Source of the DNA: an uncultured bacterium
GTDB lineage: Bacteria > Methylomirabilota > Methylomirabilia > Rokubacteriales > CSP1-6
Reading direction: 5' to 3'
Assembly (NCBI GenBank): GCA_964428805.1
Contig: CAYRZF010000005.1
Span: 3,457-49,372, forward strand
Length of the DNA stretch: 45,916 nucleotides
Part shown: in pieces, positions 9,140-18,607 of the stretch
How positions within the stretch are numbered: the first letter of the stretch is position 1
Layout of the letters: each line of letters opens with the position of its first letter
Program-made: the position numbers and the translations under genes
Notes under the pieces: model-generated
Seen by the model: the letters and a program-made list of their open reading frames with translations, nothing else
Told to the model about the DNA's origin: nothing
Databases searched by the model: none

Positions 9140-10024
9140 CTATCTCCCCGGGCGGGCGAAGCGGCCGACGGCTTGTCTGAGACGCGGGTCCAGCGCGTCG
9201 CGGATCCCCTCGCCCAACAGGTTGTAGGAGAGGACCGTGATCAGGATCGCCAGCCCCGGGTAGAGGGAGAGCCACCAGGCGATCTCGATGGAGTCCTTGC
9301 CGTCGTTGAGGATGTTCCCCCAGGTGGCGTACGGCGGTTGAACGCCGAGACCGAGGAAGGAGAGGCCGGATTCGATGAGGATGGCGGCCGGGATGCCGAG
9401 GGTCATGGCCACCAGCACCGGGGCCATTGCGTTGGGAAGGATGTGCCGCCAGATGATCCGGAACGCGCTCGCCCCGATGGACTGAGACCAGAGAACGAAC
9501 TCGCGCTCTTTGAGCGACAGAAATTCCGCGCGGACCAGTCGGGCCACCCCCATCCAGCCGGTCAGCCCGATCACGGCCATGATGGTCCAGATCGACGGCT
9601 GAAGAAACGCCAGGACGGCGAGCAACAGAAAGAAGCGGGGGAAAACCAGCATCAGGTCCACGAGGCGCATGATCATCGCGTCCACGATCCCGCCGTGGTA
9701 GCCGGATGTGGCGCCCAGCATCACGCCGATCGCCGTCGCGATGCCCACCGAGACGAATCCGACCGCCAGCGAGACCCGGGAGGCGTACAGGGTCCTCGAG
9801 AGCACGTCCCGACCGATCTGATCCGTGCCGAGCAGATGAGCGCCGGATGGGGGATCGAGAACCTTCGTCACGTCCGCTCGGTAGGGGTCGTGGGGGGCGA
9901 GCCACGGGGCGGCCAGCGCCACGAGCACGAGGATTCCCACCACCACCCCCCCCACCACGGCGAGCTGGTTGCGCGAGAACGTCCGCCAAAACAGCCCGAC
10001 CCCGCCGCGAGAGGGCTCGACCAC
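9140..10024 (-). CDS. peptide/nickel-type ABC transporter permease (DppC/OppC-like)
   Basis: 294-aa polytopic protein of the BPD-transporter permease type (SQSIGASAFRIIWRHILPNAMAPVLV). Follows a DppB-like permease. Confidence 0.88.
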   Translation of the reverse strand: MVEPSRGGVGLFWRTFSRNQLAVVGGVVVGILVLVALAAPWLAPHDPYRADVTKVLDPPSGAHLLGTDQIGRDVLSRTLYASRVSLAVGFVSVGIATAIGVMLGATSGYHGGIVDAMIMRLVDLMLVFPRFFLLLAVLAFLQPSIWTIMAVIGLTGWMGVARLVRAEFLSLKEREFVLWSQSIGASAFRIIWRHILPNAMAPVLVAMTLGIPAAILIESGLSFLGLGVQPPYATWGNILNDGKDSIEIAWWLSLYPGLAILITVLSYNLLGEGIRDALDPRLRQAVGRFARPGR

Positions 10025-10028
10025 TCTG

Positions 10029-11021
10029 TCACCGCCCCCCGCGACGGCCGACCCGGATGCGGGGGTCCACGAGGCCGTAGGAGATGTCGGCCAGGAGGTT
10101 GGCGACCAGCGTGAGGGTGGACACGATCACCAGATTCCCCATGATCACGGGGTAGTCGCGGGAGAAGACCGCCTGGACCATCAGCTGGCCCATGCCCGGG
10201 ATCGCGAAGATCCACTCCACGATCACGCTGCCTCCGATCAGCCCCGGCAGCGACAGACCCAGGATGGTCACGACGGGGAGGAGCGCGTTCCGGAGGGCGT
10301 GTTTGCCGATCACGGTTCGCTCGGCAAGCCCCTTGGCGCGCGCCGCCTGGATGTATTCCTGCCGGACCACCTCGAGCATGCTCTGCCGCATGTAGCGCGA
10401 GAACCCGGCGAGCCCCCCGAACGTGGCGACCAAGACCGGAAGGATCAGGTGTTTCAGGAAGTCCCACTGCTGCTTCCAGAAGGACAGGTACTCCCAGTTG
10501 ATGTCGCGGAGGCCGGAGATGGGTAACCAGTCGAGCCGGACACCGAAGAGGATCTGGAGGAGGAGGGCGAGCCAGAAGTCTGGCGTGGCGAACCCCACGA
10601 AGACGAAGACCGTGGTGATCTTGTCGAAGACCGAGTACTGGCGCGTCGCCGACAGGACCCCGATCGGGACCGCCACCGCCAGGATGAGCAGCATCTCGAT
10701 GATGTTAAGGAAGAGCGTGATCGGCAGGCGCTCGCCGATCTTCTGGAGCACGGGCTTCCCGTCCGGAGCGAAGGAGCGGCCGAAGTCCAGCCGCACGATG
10801 CGCGTGAGCCAGTTCCAGTACTGGACGTGTAGCGGTTGGTCCAGGCCGTACAGTTTCCTGAGGGACTCCAGCGCCTGGGCCGACGCCCGCATCCCCAGGT
10901 CCCCCGTTTGGAGCTCCACCGGCTCACCCGGGGCCAGGTGGATCACGACGAACGAGACGAAGGTGATGCCGATCAGGAGGGGGATGGCCAGGATGACGCG
11001 GCGGAGCGCGTACAGGACCAT
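10029..11021 (-). CDS. peptide/nickel-type ABC transporter permease (DppB/OppB-like)
   Basis: 330 aa. N-terminus [34 protein letters not shown] and the EAA-loop region [29 protein letters not shown]. Confidence 0.9.
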   Translation of the reverse strand: MVLYALRRVILAIPLLIGITFVSFVVIHLAPGEPVELQTGDLGMRASAQALESLRKLYGLDQPLHVQYWNWLTRIVRLDFGRSFAPDGKPVLQKIGERLPITLFLNIIEMLLILAVAVPIGVLSATRQYSVFDKITTVFVFVGFATPDFWLALLLQILFGVRLDWLPISGLRDINWEYLSFWKQQWDFLKHLILPVLVATFGGLAGFSRYMRQSMLEVVRQEYIQAARAKGLAERTVIGKHALRNALLPVVTILGLSLPGLIGGSVIVEWIFAIPGMGQLMVQAVFSRDYPVIMGNLVIVSTLTLVANLLADISYGLVDPRIRVGRRGGR

Positions 11022-12674
11022 CTAGCCGGCGGTGTACCGCTGCAGCGCTTTCGGGACATACCACCTGATGAAATTGTACGCGATCCCGTTGGGCGACGGC
11101 TCGATCCCGCGCACGCGCGAGGACACGACCGGCAGCGCGTCCCTGAAGTAGAGGAAAATGATCGGCTGGTCCTCGGCCAGCACCTCCTGCAGCCGATCGT
11201 AGTGCTTTTTCCGCTCCTCCCGTCGACAAAAGGCACGGCCCAGTTCCAGGAGCCGGTCCACCTCGGGATTCGCATACGAGATGTGGTTGAGTTCATCGGG
11301 GCCGGTCTTGGAGGAGTGCCAGACCTCATACTGGTCCGGATCCAGACCGATCCCCCAGCCGAGGATGATGGCCTCGAAGCGCCGCTTCTTGATGAACTCC
11401 TTGATGAACGACGCCCACTCCAGGGTGCGGATCTCCACCGCGACCCCGATCTCGCGGAGGCGCTGCTGGATGATCTCGGCAACTTTTTTGCGCTCTTCGT
11501 TCCCCTGATTGGTCAGGATCGTGAACGCGAAGGGCTGGCCATTCTTGTCCACGATCCCGTCGCCGTCCGTGTCCTTCCATCCGGCCTCGGCCAGCAGTCG
11601 TCTGGCCCGTTCGGGATCGTAGGGGAACCGGGCCACATCGGGGTTATACACCCAGGTCCCCGGCTTGTAGGGCCCGGTGGCCTCCCGCCCCAACCCCAGG
11701 AGGACGCCGTCGATCAGCTCCTGCTTGTCGATCGCGTGAGCAAAGGCCCGCCGGACGCGGCGGTCGGCGAAACGGGGGTCCTTCAGGTTGAGGCCCAGGT
11801 ACGTGTAGCCGTTCCCCGGGTACTTGTACTTGTTGAACGACTTTTTGAACGCGGGGTAGTCGCTCTGGCGCTTGAACTGGACCGCGGTCAGCCCCGCGAA
11901 GTCCACCCCTTTGACCCTCAGCTCAAGGAAAATCGTGGCCTGGCTCGGGATGATACGGTACACGATCCGGGAAAGGTACGGCCGGCCATCGAAGTAATCC
12001 GCGTTCGCCACGAGCACCACCTTCTCGCCGCTCCTCCACTCCACGAACCGATAGGCGCCGGCGCCGACCGGACGGCGGTTCTGCGGAGCCTCACGCAGGC
12101 GGCCCTGCTCCACGTAGGAGGCCAGGAGGTGCTGGGGCAGCATCCACATCTCCCACGCCTCCAGCGCCTTCGCGTACGGCTTGGGGTACGTGACGCGCAC
12201 CGTGTGCGGGTCGAGGACCTCCACGTCTTTCACCGCCAGGAAATCCTCCTTGTACGCCGTCGGGGTCTTCGGGTTGATCATGGCCTCGTAGGTGAAGCGC
12301 ACGTCTCCCGCGGTGAACGGCCGCCCATCGTGCCACCTCGCGTCCTTCCGGAGCTTGAACGTCAGGGTAAGGCAGTCCCGGGAGAACTCCCAGGATTCGG
12401 CCAGATTGGGGACGATGTTCAGGTCCTTGTCGCGCTTGACGAGCCCGGCGTAGATCATCCCCCCGACCTCGAAGGAGGCACTGTCCGAGGTGATGTTGGG
12501 GATCAGCCCTTGAATATCCCCGATCGAGGCCTCGACGAAGGTGTCGCCGTAGGCCGGCGGCCCCGACGGCGCCGCCGGACGGGCGTCGTCCTTCCCTTCG
12601 ACCTGGACACCGCAGCCCGCCAGCCCGAGGAGGGAGGCCGCGAGCGGCAGGAGGAGCCGGGTCAGTTGTCTCAC
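11022..12674 (-). CDS. ABC transporter substrate-binding lipoprotein, family 5 (DppA/OppA-like)
   Basis: Start set at GTG 12674 (GTGA overlap with the secG stop). This gives a signal peptide with the lipobox LLGLAGC. The body resembles peptide/nickel-binding proteins. The extra 190 N-terminal codons in the track overlap secG and tpiA. Confidence 0.85.
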   Translation of the reverse strand: MRQLTRLLLPLAASLLGLAGCGVQVEGKDDARPAAPSGPPAYGDTFVEASIGDIQGLIPNITSDSASFEVGGMIYAGLVKRDKDLNIVPNLAESWEFSRDCLTLTFKLRKDARWHDGRPFTAGDVRFTYEAMINPKTPTAYKEDFLAVKDVEVLDPHTVRVTYPKPYAKALEAWEMWMLPQHLLASYVEQGRLREAPQNRRPVGAGAYRFVEWRSGEKVVLVANADYFDGRPYLSRIVYRIIPSQATIFLELRVKGVDFAGLTAVQFKRQSDYPAFKKSFNKYKYPGNGYTYLGLNLKDPRFADRRVRRAFAHAIDKQELIDGVLLGLGREATGPYKPGTWVYNPDVARFPYDPERARRLLAEAGWKDTDGDGIVDKNGQPFAFTILTNQGNEERKKVAEIIQQRLREIGVAVEIRTLEWASFIKEFIKKRRFEAIILGWGIGLDPDQYEVWHSSKTGPDELNHISYANPEVDRLLELGRAFCRREERKKHYDRLQEVLAEDQPIIFLYFRDALPVVSSRVRGIEPSPNGIAYNFIRWYVPKALQRYTAG

Positions 12675-12967
12675 TTCTGTGGGGCCGGAGGCGCGGGCTG
12701 AGTGACCGGGGCGGGCTGGGTCATCACGGACGCCGATGGGCGCGCCGCCAGCATGGCAAGAGTGAAGGACGTCAGCATGAACACGATGGCCACCGCCGTG
12801 GTGATTTTCCCCAGGAGCGTGGGGGTCCCCATGGACCCGAAGACGGCCTGGCTGCCCGCGCCGCCGAACGCCGATCCGATGTCGGCGCCCTTGCCGGACT
12901 GCAGTAGCACGATGGCGATGATGGCGAGGCTCACGATCACATGGAGAATAACGATGATGGTGTACAC
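12671..12967 (-). CDS. secG: preprotein translocase subunit SecG
   Basis: 98 aa with two TM segments and the LLQSGKGADIGSAFGG motif. GTG start. Confidence 0.88.
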   Translation of the reverse strand: MYTIIVILHVIVSLAIIAIVLLQSGKGADIGSAFGGAGSQAVFGSMGTPTLLGKITTAVAIVFMLTSFTLAMLAARPSASVMTQPAPVTQPAPPAPQK

Positions 12968-12970
12968 GAC

Positions 12971-13750
12971 TCACTCCTTTGGGCTGGCGCCGCGAGACGC
13001 GGCCTTCTTGACGATGCCGATGAAGGTGGCAGCCTGAAGGCTCGCACCCCCCACGAGAGCCCCGTCGATCTCCGGCTCCCGCATCAATTCTCCGGAATTC
13101 TCGGGCTTGACGCTGCCGCCGTAGAGGATCCGGACGGTCTGCGCGATTTCCTTGGAGGCCAGCTCCGACAGGAGCCCGCGCAGGTAGCCGTGGACCTCCG
13201 AGGCCTGCGCCGGGGTGGCGTTGACTCCGGTCCCGATCGCCCAAATGGGCTCATACGCCACAATACACCGGCCGACGGCTTCGGGCGAGAGTCCCCCCAG
13301 CCCAGCCCTGAGCTGCCCCTCGACGGTGGTGAAGGTCAACCCCTGACTGCGCTCGTGAGCTGATTCACCGACGCACAGGAGGGGAGTCAGCCCGTGAGCG
13401 AGCGCGGATTGGACCTTGAGGTTGACCTGCGCGTCGGTCTCCCCGAACTGCTGGCGTCGCTCGGAGTGGCCGAGGATGACCAGGCGGCAACCGAGCTCAA
13501 CCAGCATGGCCGGTGACACCTCTCCCGTGAAGGCCCCGCTCTTCTCCCAGTGACAGTTCTGGGCGCCCAGCCCAATGGCCGAGCCGCCGAGCGCGTCGGC
13601 CACCGCGACAAGCGCGGTGAAGGGCGGACAGAGAACCACCTCCACTCCCCGCGGCCGCTTGAGCCCGTCCCTCACCTGAGCGGCGAGGGCGCGCCCTTCC
13701 GCCACGGTGCCGTGCATCTTCCAGTTGGCCACCACGAGGGGGAAACGCAT
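12971..13750 (-). CDS. tpiA: triose-phosphate isomerase
   Basis: ANWKMHG, ILGHSERR and AYEPIWAIGTG motifs. ATG 13750 forms an ATGA overlap with the pgk stop. Confidence 0.95.
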   Translation of the reverse strand: MRFPLVVANWKMHGTVAEGRALAAQVRDGLKRPRGVEVVLCPPFTALVAVADALGGSAIGLGAQNCHWEKSGAFTGEVSPAMLVELGCRLVILGHSERRQQFGETDAQVNLKVQSALAHGLTPLLCVGESAHERSQGLTFTTVEGQLRAGLGGLSPEAVGRCIVAYEPIWAIGTGVNATPAQASEVHGYLRGLLSELASKEIAQTVRILYGGSVKPENSGELMREPEIDGALVGGASLQAATFIGIVKKAASRGASPKE

Positions 13751-14934
13751 CAGGACCGCTCCGCGAGGGCCGCGACGCCGGGAAGCGTTCGGCCCTCGAG
13801 AAATTCGATGAAGGCCCCGCCGGCCGTGGAGACATACCCGATCTTCCGGGCGACCCCGGCCTGATTGACGGCCGCCACCGTGTCGCCACCGCCGACCACC
13901 GAAAATGCACCGCACGCCACGACTGCCCGGGCAAGCCCTAGCGTCCCCCGAGCGAACGGTGATCTCTCGAAGACGCCCATGGGGCCGTTCCAGACCACGG
14001 TCTTTGCCCCGCTGAGGGCTTGCGTGAACCGGGCAAGTGTCAGTGGACCAATGTCCAGCCCCATGAGGTGGCCCGGGATCTCGCGGACCCCGACCGCACG
14101 ACCCTCCCCGCTTTGGGGACTGTCGGCCACCACGGTATCCACGGGAAGCCCGATATGAACCCCGCGCCGGTTGGCCTGGGCCATCGCCCGGCGCGCCAGC
14201 TCGATCCGCTCCGGCTCCACCAGCGAGCGTCCCACACCGTGGCCCAGGGCCGCGAGAAAGGTGAAGGCCATCCCACCCCCGACCAGAAGAGCGTCCACCT
14301 TGTCGAGCAGACTCTGGACCAGCGTCAGCTTGTCGGACACCTTGGCCCCTCCCAGGATGGCGACGAGAGGGCGCTCGGGGCGCTCCAGGATCCGGCCCAG
14401 TGCCTCAAGCTCCCGCCGCATGAGCAGGCCGGCCGCCGGCGGCGACAGGTACCGGGTGATGGCTTCGATGGATGCATGCGCCCGGTGGGCCGCGGCGAAC
14501 GCATCGTTGACGTAACAATCGGCCAGCCGAGCGAGGGCTTGGGCAAAGGCCCCGTCGTTCGCTTCCTCCTCGGGGTGGAAGCGCAGGTTTTCCAGGAGGA
14601 GCAGCCGGCCGGGCTCGAGCGATCGAGCCTGGGTCTCGACGGCCTCGCCCACGCAGTCCGGGGCGAGAGGAACCGGCTGACCGAGCAACTCCTCGAGCCG
14701 TTTGGCGACCGGGGCCAGCGAATACTTCGGATCGGGTTTCCCCTTCGGCCGCCCCAGGTGGGAGGCCAGGATCACTCTCGCCCCGGCCTTCAGGCAGTGC
14801 TCGAGCGTCGGGAGGACCGCCCGGAGTCGGGTATCGTCGGCGACCCCGCCGTCAGCCAGCGGGACATTCAGATCAGCCCTGAGGAAGACCCGCTTCCCCT
14901 GGAGGTCGAGATCCTCGACGCTTAGCTTCGCCAT
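13750..14934 (-). CDS. pgk: phosphoglycerate kinase
   Basis: Start set at ATG 14934 (MAKLSVEDLDLQGKRVFLRADLNVP). SHLGRPKG and GGGDT motifs present. Confidence 0.95.
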   Translation of the reverse strand: MAKLSVEDLDLQGKRVFLRADLNVPLADGGVADDTRLRAVLPTLEHCLKAGARVILASHLGRPKGKPDPKYSLAPVAKRLEELLGQPVPLAPDCVGEAVETQARSLEPGRLLLLENLRFHPEEEANDGAFAQALARLADCYVNDAFAAAHRAHASIEAITRYLSPPAAGLLMRRELEALGRILERPERPLVAILGGAKVSDKLTLVQSLLDKVDALLVGGGMAFTFLAALGHGVGRSLVEPERIELARRAMAQANRRGVHIGLPVDTVVADSPQSGEGRAVGVREIPGHLMGLDIGPLTLARFTQALSGAKTVVWNGPMGVFERSPFARGTLGLARAVVACGAFSVVGGGDTVAAVNQAGVARKIGYVSTAGGAFIEFLEGRTLPGVAALAERS

Positions 14935-14988
14935 GTCGGGTGGGGCGCGCGAGCCCGCCCGCGCGCGCACGGAATCCCCGGGTCTCTC

Positions 14989-15993
14989 TCAGAGCGACCT
15001 GGCCATGAACCGGATCAGATCGCGCACCCGGCAGGAGTACCCCCACTCGTTGTCGTACCAGGCCAGCACCTTGATGAGATTGCCGTCCACGACGGCCGTC
15101 AAGGGAAGGTCCACAATGGACGAGTGGGGGTTGCCGTTGAAATCGCACGAGACCAGCTCCTCGTCGGTGACGTCGAGGATGCCTTTCATGGGACCGGCCG
15201 CGGCGGCACGGAAGGCATCGTTAATAGCCTCCACGCTGGCCGGCCGCTCCAGATCGGCGACCAGATCCACCACGGACACGTTGGCCGTCGGGACCCGGAT
15301 CGCGATGCCGTCAAGCTTTCCCTTGAGCTGAGGAAGCACGAGCCCGACGGCCGTGGCGGCCCCCGTGGTAGTGGGAATCATCGACACCGCCGCCGCCCGG
15401 GCGCGACGCAGATCCTTGTGGGGAAAGTCGTGGACCGGCTGATCGTTCGTATAGGCGTGGACCGTGGACGCGAAGCCGCGCTTGACGCCGAAGCGGTCCA
15501 CGAGTACCCGGGCCACCGTGGCCAGGCAGTTGGTGGTACACGAGGCGTTGGACACCAGATGGTGCCGCCCGGGATCGTACGTCGCCTCGTTCACGCCGAG
15601 GACGATCGTGACGTCGGCGTCCTTGGCGGGGGCCGTGATGACCACTTTCCTGGCGCCGGCAGAGAGATGCTTCGAGGCCGTCGCCCGATCGCGGAAGATG
15701 CCCGTGGACTCGACCACAACATCCACGCCCAGCTCCTTCCATGGAAGCGCCGCGGGATCCTTGACCGAACAGACCCGCACCTCCTTCCCGTTGACGAACA
15801 TCGCGTCGCCCTTGACCAGGACTTCGGCCGCGAGCGCGCCGTGGACCGAGTCGTGCTTCAGGAGGTGCGCGAGGGTCTTCGCGTCGGCGAGGTCGTTGAC
15901 GGCGACCACGTCCAGCTCCTTCGTCCCGAGAGCCGCCCGGAAGAACACGCGGCCAATCCGTCCAAAGCCGTTTACGCCGACCCGCACGCCCAT
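14989..15993 (-). CDS. gap: glyceraldehyde-3-phosphate dehydrogenase (type I)
   Basis: NGFGRIGR N-terminus and the active-site motif SNASCTTNCL. AAAGGAG Shine-Dalgarno before the ATG. Confidence 0.95.
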   Translation of the reverse strand: MGVRVGVNGFGRIGRVFFRAALGTKELDVVAVNDLADAKTLAHLLKHDSVHGALAAEVLVKGDAMFVNGKEVRVCSVKDPAALPWKELGVDVVVESTGIFRDRATASKHLSAGARKVVITAPAKDADVTIVLGVNEATYDPGRHHLVSNASCTTNCLATVARVLVDRFGVKRGFASTVHAYTNDQPVHDFPHKDLRRARAAAVSMIPTTTGAATAVGLVLPQLKGKLDGIAIRVPTANVSVVDLVADLERPASVEAINDAFRAAAAGPMKGILDVTDEELVSCDFNGNPHSSIVDLPLTAVVDGNLIKVLAWYDNEWGYSCRVRDLIRFMARSL

Positions 15994-16049
15994 TGCAGGC
16001 TCCTTTTGGTCAGGAGAAGATTAATGCTTGTTTGATACCGAAGACCTTC

Positions 16050-16079
16050 ATTATATCGGCCCGGGAAAGTGAGCGTCAA
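16050..16079 (-). promoter_or_regulatory. candidate sigma-70 promoter for gap-pgk-tpiA-secG
   Basis: On the minus strand: TTGACG (16079..16074), 18-nt spacer, perfect TATAAT (16055..16050), in an AT-rich gap upstream of gap. Confidence 0.55.
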
Positions 16080-16091
16080 TGGTTAAGCGGG

Positions 16092-16107
16092 GCGCGCCCG
16101 GGCGCGC
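16092..16107 (-). terminator. GC palindrome after comF-like, a possible terminator stem
   Basis: Perfect 16-nt palindrome GCGCGCCCGGGCGCGC, 8 nt past the comF-like stop. No clear U-tract follows, so the terminator role is tentative. Confidence 0.25.
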
Positions 16108-16115
16108 AGGTCATG

Positions 16116-16853
16116 CTACGGCACGCGGGCGACCGTCAGGACTCCCACGCTGGCCGCGCCGGCAGCCAGCAGGACGCGCGCACACTCGGAAACGGTGGCG
16201 CCGGTGGTGAAGACGTCGTCGATCAGCAGCACGTGCCGCTCGGCGAATGCCTCCGGCCGGGAGAGCGCGAAGGCGCCTTTCACGTTGCGCCGGCGCTCCG
16301 CGGCGTCGAGGTCGGTCTGCGAGTGGGTGAAACGCTGCCGCCGGAGAGCCTTGGCCTCCACGGGAACCCCCCACCGCTGACTCACCCGGCGGGCGAGGAG
16401 GCCCGATTGGTTGAACCCGCGCTCGGCCTCGCGGGAGGGATGGAGCGGCACCGGCACCAGGCAATCGATCCCCTTGATCGGGACCATCGCACCGCCCGCG
16501 TCAGCCATCAGGTCGCCCAGCGGGCGGGCCATGGCAGTCTTGCCCCCGAACTTCAGGCAAAAGAGCGCCTCCCGCACCCGTTCCCCGTAGAGCGTCGCCG
16601 AGCGCGCGTAAGTGAACAAGGGGCGCCGGCGGCGGCAGGGCTCGCAGCGGGCGCGTTCCGAGGCGCGACCGGGCTCGAAGCTCGGGAACGGGCGGCCGCA
16701 GGTGCGACAGTACGGCGGCACGAGCCGCTCCAATTGCTCCCAGCAGGACCCGCAGAGTGGGTCCCGGCGACCCTCCCCGAGACGGGCGTGGCAGAGCGGA
16801 CAGAACGGCGGAAAAAGGAGATCGAGAGCGACGGTGGCCCACGCCTGCCACAA
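16116..16853 (-). CDS. ComF-family phosphoribosyltransferase-like protein
   Basis: N-terminal double zinc-finger cysteines (FCPLCH..CGSCW, CRTCGRPF..CEPC) and a C-terminal PRTase motif VLLIDDVFTTGAT. The start is uncertain: TTG 16853 is chosen, and the track start at 16961 is also TTG and overlaps the upstream gene by about 100 nt. Confidence 0.7.
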   Translation of the reverse strand: MWQAWATVALDLLFPPFCPLCHARLGEGRRDPLCGSCWEQLERLVPPYCRTCGRPFPSFEPGRASERARCEPCRRRRPLFTYARSATLYGERVREALFCLKFGGKTAMARPLGDLMADAGGAMVPIKGIDCLVPVPLHPSREAERGFNQSGLLARRVSQRWGVPVEAKALRRQRFTHSQTDLDAAERRRNVKGAFALSRPEAFAERHVLLIDDVFTTGATVSECARVLLAAGAASVGVLTVARVP

Positions 16854-16863
16854 AGGGGACGGA

Positions 16864-18150
16864 TTAGGGCTGGGAGGTGTTCCAGCGGCCGCAACCCGGG
16901 CAGCGGTCCTGCCATTGGGGGTGCCCGATCCCGCACGCCGAGCACCTGTGCGGCCATTCAAAGCTCTCGGTCAGGGTCAGGGCGCGCCGGTACTCCTGGA
17001 ATGCCTCGGCCGCCTGTCCGCGTCGCTCGAAGATCACGCCCAGGTAGGCGTGCAACGAGGCGAGACCCGGCGCCCGCACTTCGACCTTTTCGAATTGGTC
17101 CGCCGCCTCGTCGAGCATCTCGAGTTCGAAGTACACTCGTCCCAACGAAAAGGCCAGCACCAAATCCTCGGGGGCCCGGGCGACGGCAGCCTGATAGAGG
17201 CCGATCATCCGGCTCGGGCGCCCTTCCGCCCGATAGGCTTGCTCCAGCCTGCGAAGGAGAACCGGGGCCGGCGTGACCTCCGCGGCCCGCTCCCAGATTC
17301 GCATCGCCTCCCGTTGGTCTCCGGCCTTCGAGGACGCGTCCCCCATGGCAACGTGAGCCGGGAGGAACCCGCGGTTCGCCTTGAGCGATTCTCTGAAGTG
17401 GCTCAGGGCGTCCTGGGGCTTGCCTTCGGCCAGTAGCGCCTTCCCGATCTCGTATTGAATGCCCGCCAGCCAGTCGAGCTCCGCCGGCCTTTCAGCCTCC
17501 ACCACGAGTTCGACAATCCGCTCTTGGGCGGGCAGTGCCTCCCGCCATCGCCGCTGACCGACGGTCAGGTCACGGATGGCACGGAGGGCCGTCAGGTGGG
17601 TTCGATCGCGCTGAAGAATCCGCTGATAGGTCGCGAGGGCTTCATCCATGCGCCCCGCCGCCTGGTAATCGACGGCAACGGCCAGGAGCGTGTCGGGACG
17701 CTCCGCGCTCCGGATGGCCTCGAGATGATGATCGAGCGCCGCCTGGTGATCTCCCCGGGCTCGCGCCAACTCTCCGAGCCTGGCGTGGGCGTCGGCGTTC
17801 CCCGGCTCGCGGGACAGGAGCTCTTGGTATGCCTCGGCGGCGACGTCGGGCTTCCCGGCCAGCTGGGCATCGACTCCCCGATGATAGATCTCGAAGGGGC
17901 CCTCGTCCCGACGGGCGCGGCGCGCATTCGTGTACTCGCGAAACGACCGACCCAGGTCGCGGAGAACAGTCAGGAAGAGCGTGACGCACGCGCCGGCGAG
18001 GAACGCGCCCACCACCAGCGCCATCAGCGGAAGATCGTAGACCCAGTCCCCTCCCAGCGTGATTCGAACCCGGCTGGTGTTGAGGGCGGTTACGTAGGCG
18101 ACGAAGGCGCCGAACAGAAGGGCAAGCAGCAGACCGAGGCGAGGGGACAC
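16864..18150 (-). CDS. LapB/YciM-like TPR protein with a LapA-like N-terminal membrane domain and a C-terminal zinc ribbon
   Basis: Two N-terminal TM helices, then multiple TPR-like repeats, then a C-terminal CSACG..CPGCGRW rubredoxin-type motif. GTG start. Confidence 0.7.
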   Translation of the reverse strand: MSPRLGLLLALLFGAFVAYVTALNTSRVRITLGGDWVYDLPLMALVVGAFLAGACVTLFLTVLRDLGRSFREYTNARRARRDEGPFEIYHRGVDAQLAGKPDVAAEAYQELLSREPGNADAHARLGELARARGDHQAALDHHLEAIRSAERPDTLLAVAVDYQAAGRMDEALATYQRILQRDRTHLTALRAIRDLTVGQRRWREALPAQERIVELVVEAERPAELDWLAGIQYEIGKALLAEGKPQDALSHFRESLKANRGFLPAHVAMGDASSKAGDQREAMRIWERAAEVTPAPVLLRRLEQAYRAEGRPSRMIGLYQAAVARAPEDLVLAFSLGRVYFELEMLDEAADQFEKVEVRAPGLASLHAYLGVIFERRGQAAEAFQEYRRALTLTESFEWPHRCSACGIGHPQWQDRCPGCGRWNTSQP

Positions 18151-18159
18151 GAGGAGGCC

Positions 18160-18525
18160 TTACCCGGTCGCCATGCGCTCCTCTTGCTCGACCAGGCGCT
18201 GGCAACCGATACAGTACCGGGCGAAGGGAAGGGCCTCCAGCCGCTTCTCCACGATGGCCTCTCCGCACCGTTCGCAGGCGCCGAAGGTTCCCTCGTCGAT
18301 CTTCTGAAGCGCCGTTACCACCTCTTTGAGAAGACGACGATCGCCGTTACCCAGCTCGAAGAGGAACTCACGCGTGTAGGCCGTAGTGGCCTGGTCGCCC
18401 AGATCCTTAATGGAATCGTCTTCCTGGCCCTTACCGTAGAGGGCGCTCTTCCCCACTTCCTCTACCAGCTGGCGATGCTTCTCAACCAGCTTCTTCCGAT
18501 AGTACGCCAGACGATTCTTCCTCAT
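18160..18525 (-). CDS. DksA/TraR-family C4 zinc-finger protein
   Basis: CERCGEAI..(17)..CIGCQ four-cysteine finger after a coiled-coil region. Start set at ATG 18525, preceded by GGGGAGG. Confidence 0.8.
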   Translation of the reverse strand: MRKNRLAYYRKKLVEKHRQLVEEVGKSALYGKGQEDDSIKDLGDQATTAYTREFLFELGNGDRRLLKEVVTALQKIDEGTFGACERCGEAIVEKRLEALPFARYCIGCQRLVEQEERMATG

Positions 18526-18607
18526 TGCCGCCTCCCCGCCGCGGGGTGCCCCCCCTCGGTTGAGGGCATACGCTATCATGGCCTGTCAAGGAAATCAACC
18601 TCACTCC

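Noticed and set aside
10836-12701. 621-aa plus-strand ORF. The same applies to similar long ORFs such as 2120..3388, 5141..6466, 8891..10114, 15993..17276, 17455..18696, 26702..27991, 31168..32274 and 40575..42185.
   Set aside because: All lie antisense to genes with clear family signatures. They are Arg/Gly/Pro/His/Asp-rich and low in complexity, and they lack Shine-Dalgarno sequences. This is the expected stop-codon-poor antisense frame of GC-rich DNA, not coding sequence.
11022-13244. Very long N-terminal extensions in the ORF track. Examples are the 740-aa form of the binding protein, the 553-aa nuoN, the 549-aa nuoM, the 286-aa nuoC, the 285-aa nuoB and the 314-aa tpiA.
   Set aside because: The extensions overlap the upstream gene, are Arg/Gly-rich, and precede internal ATG/GTG codons that form ATGA/GTGA overlaps or have good Shine-Dalgarno sites. 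I used the shorter starts.
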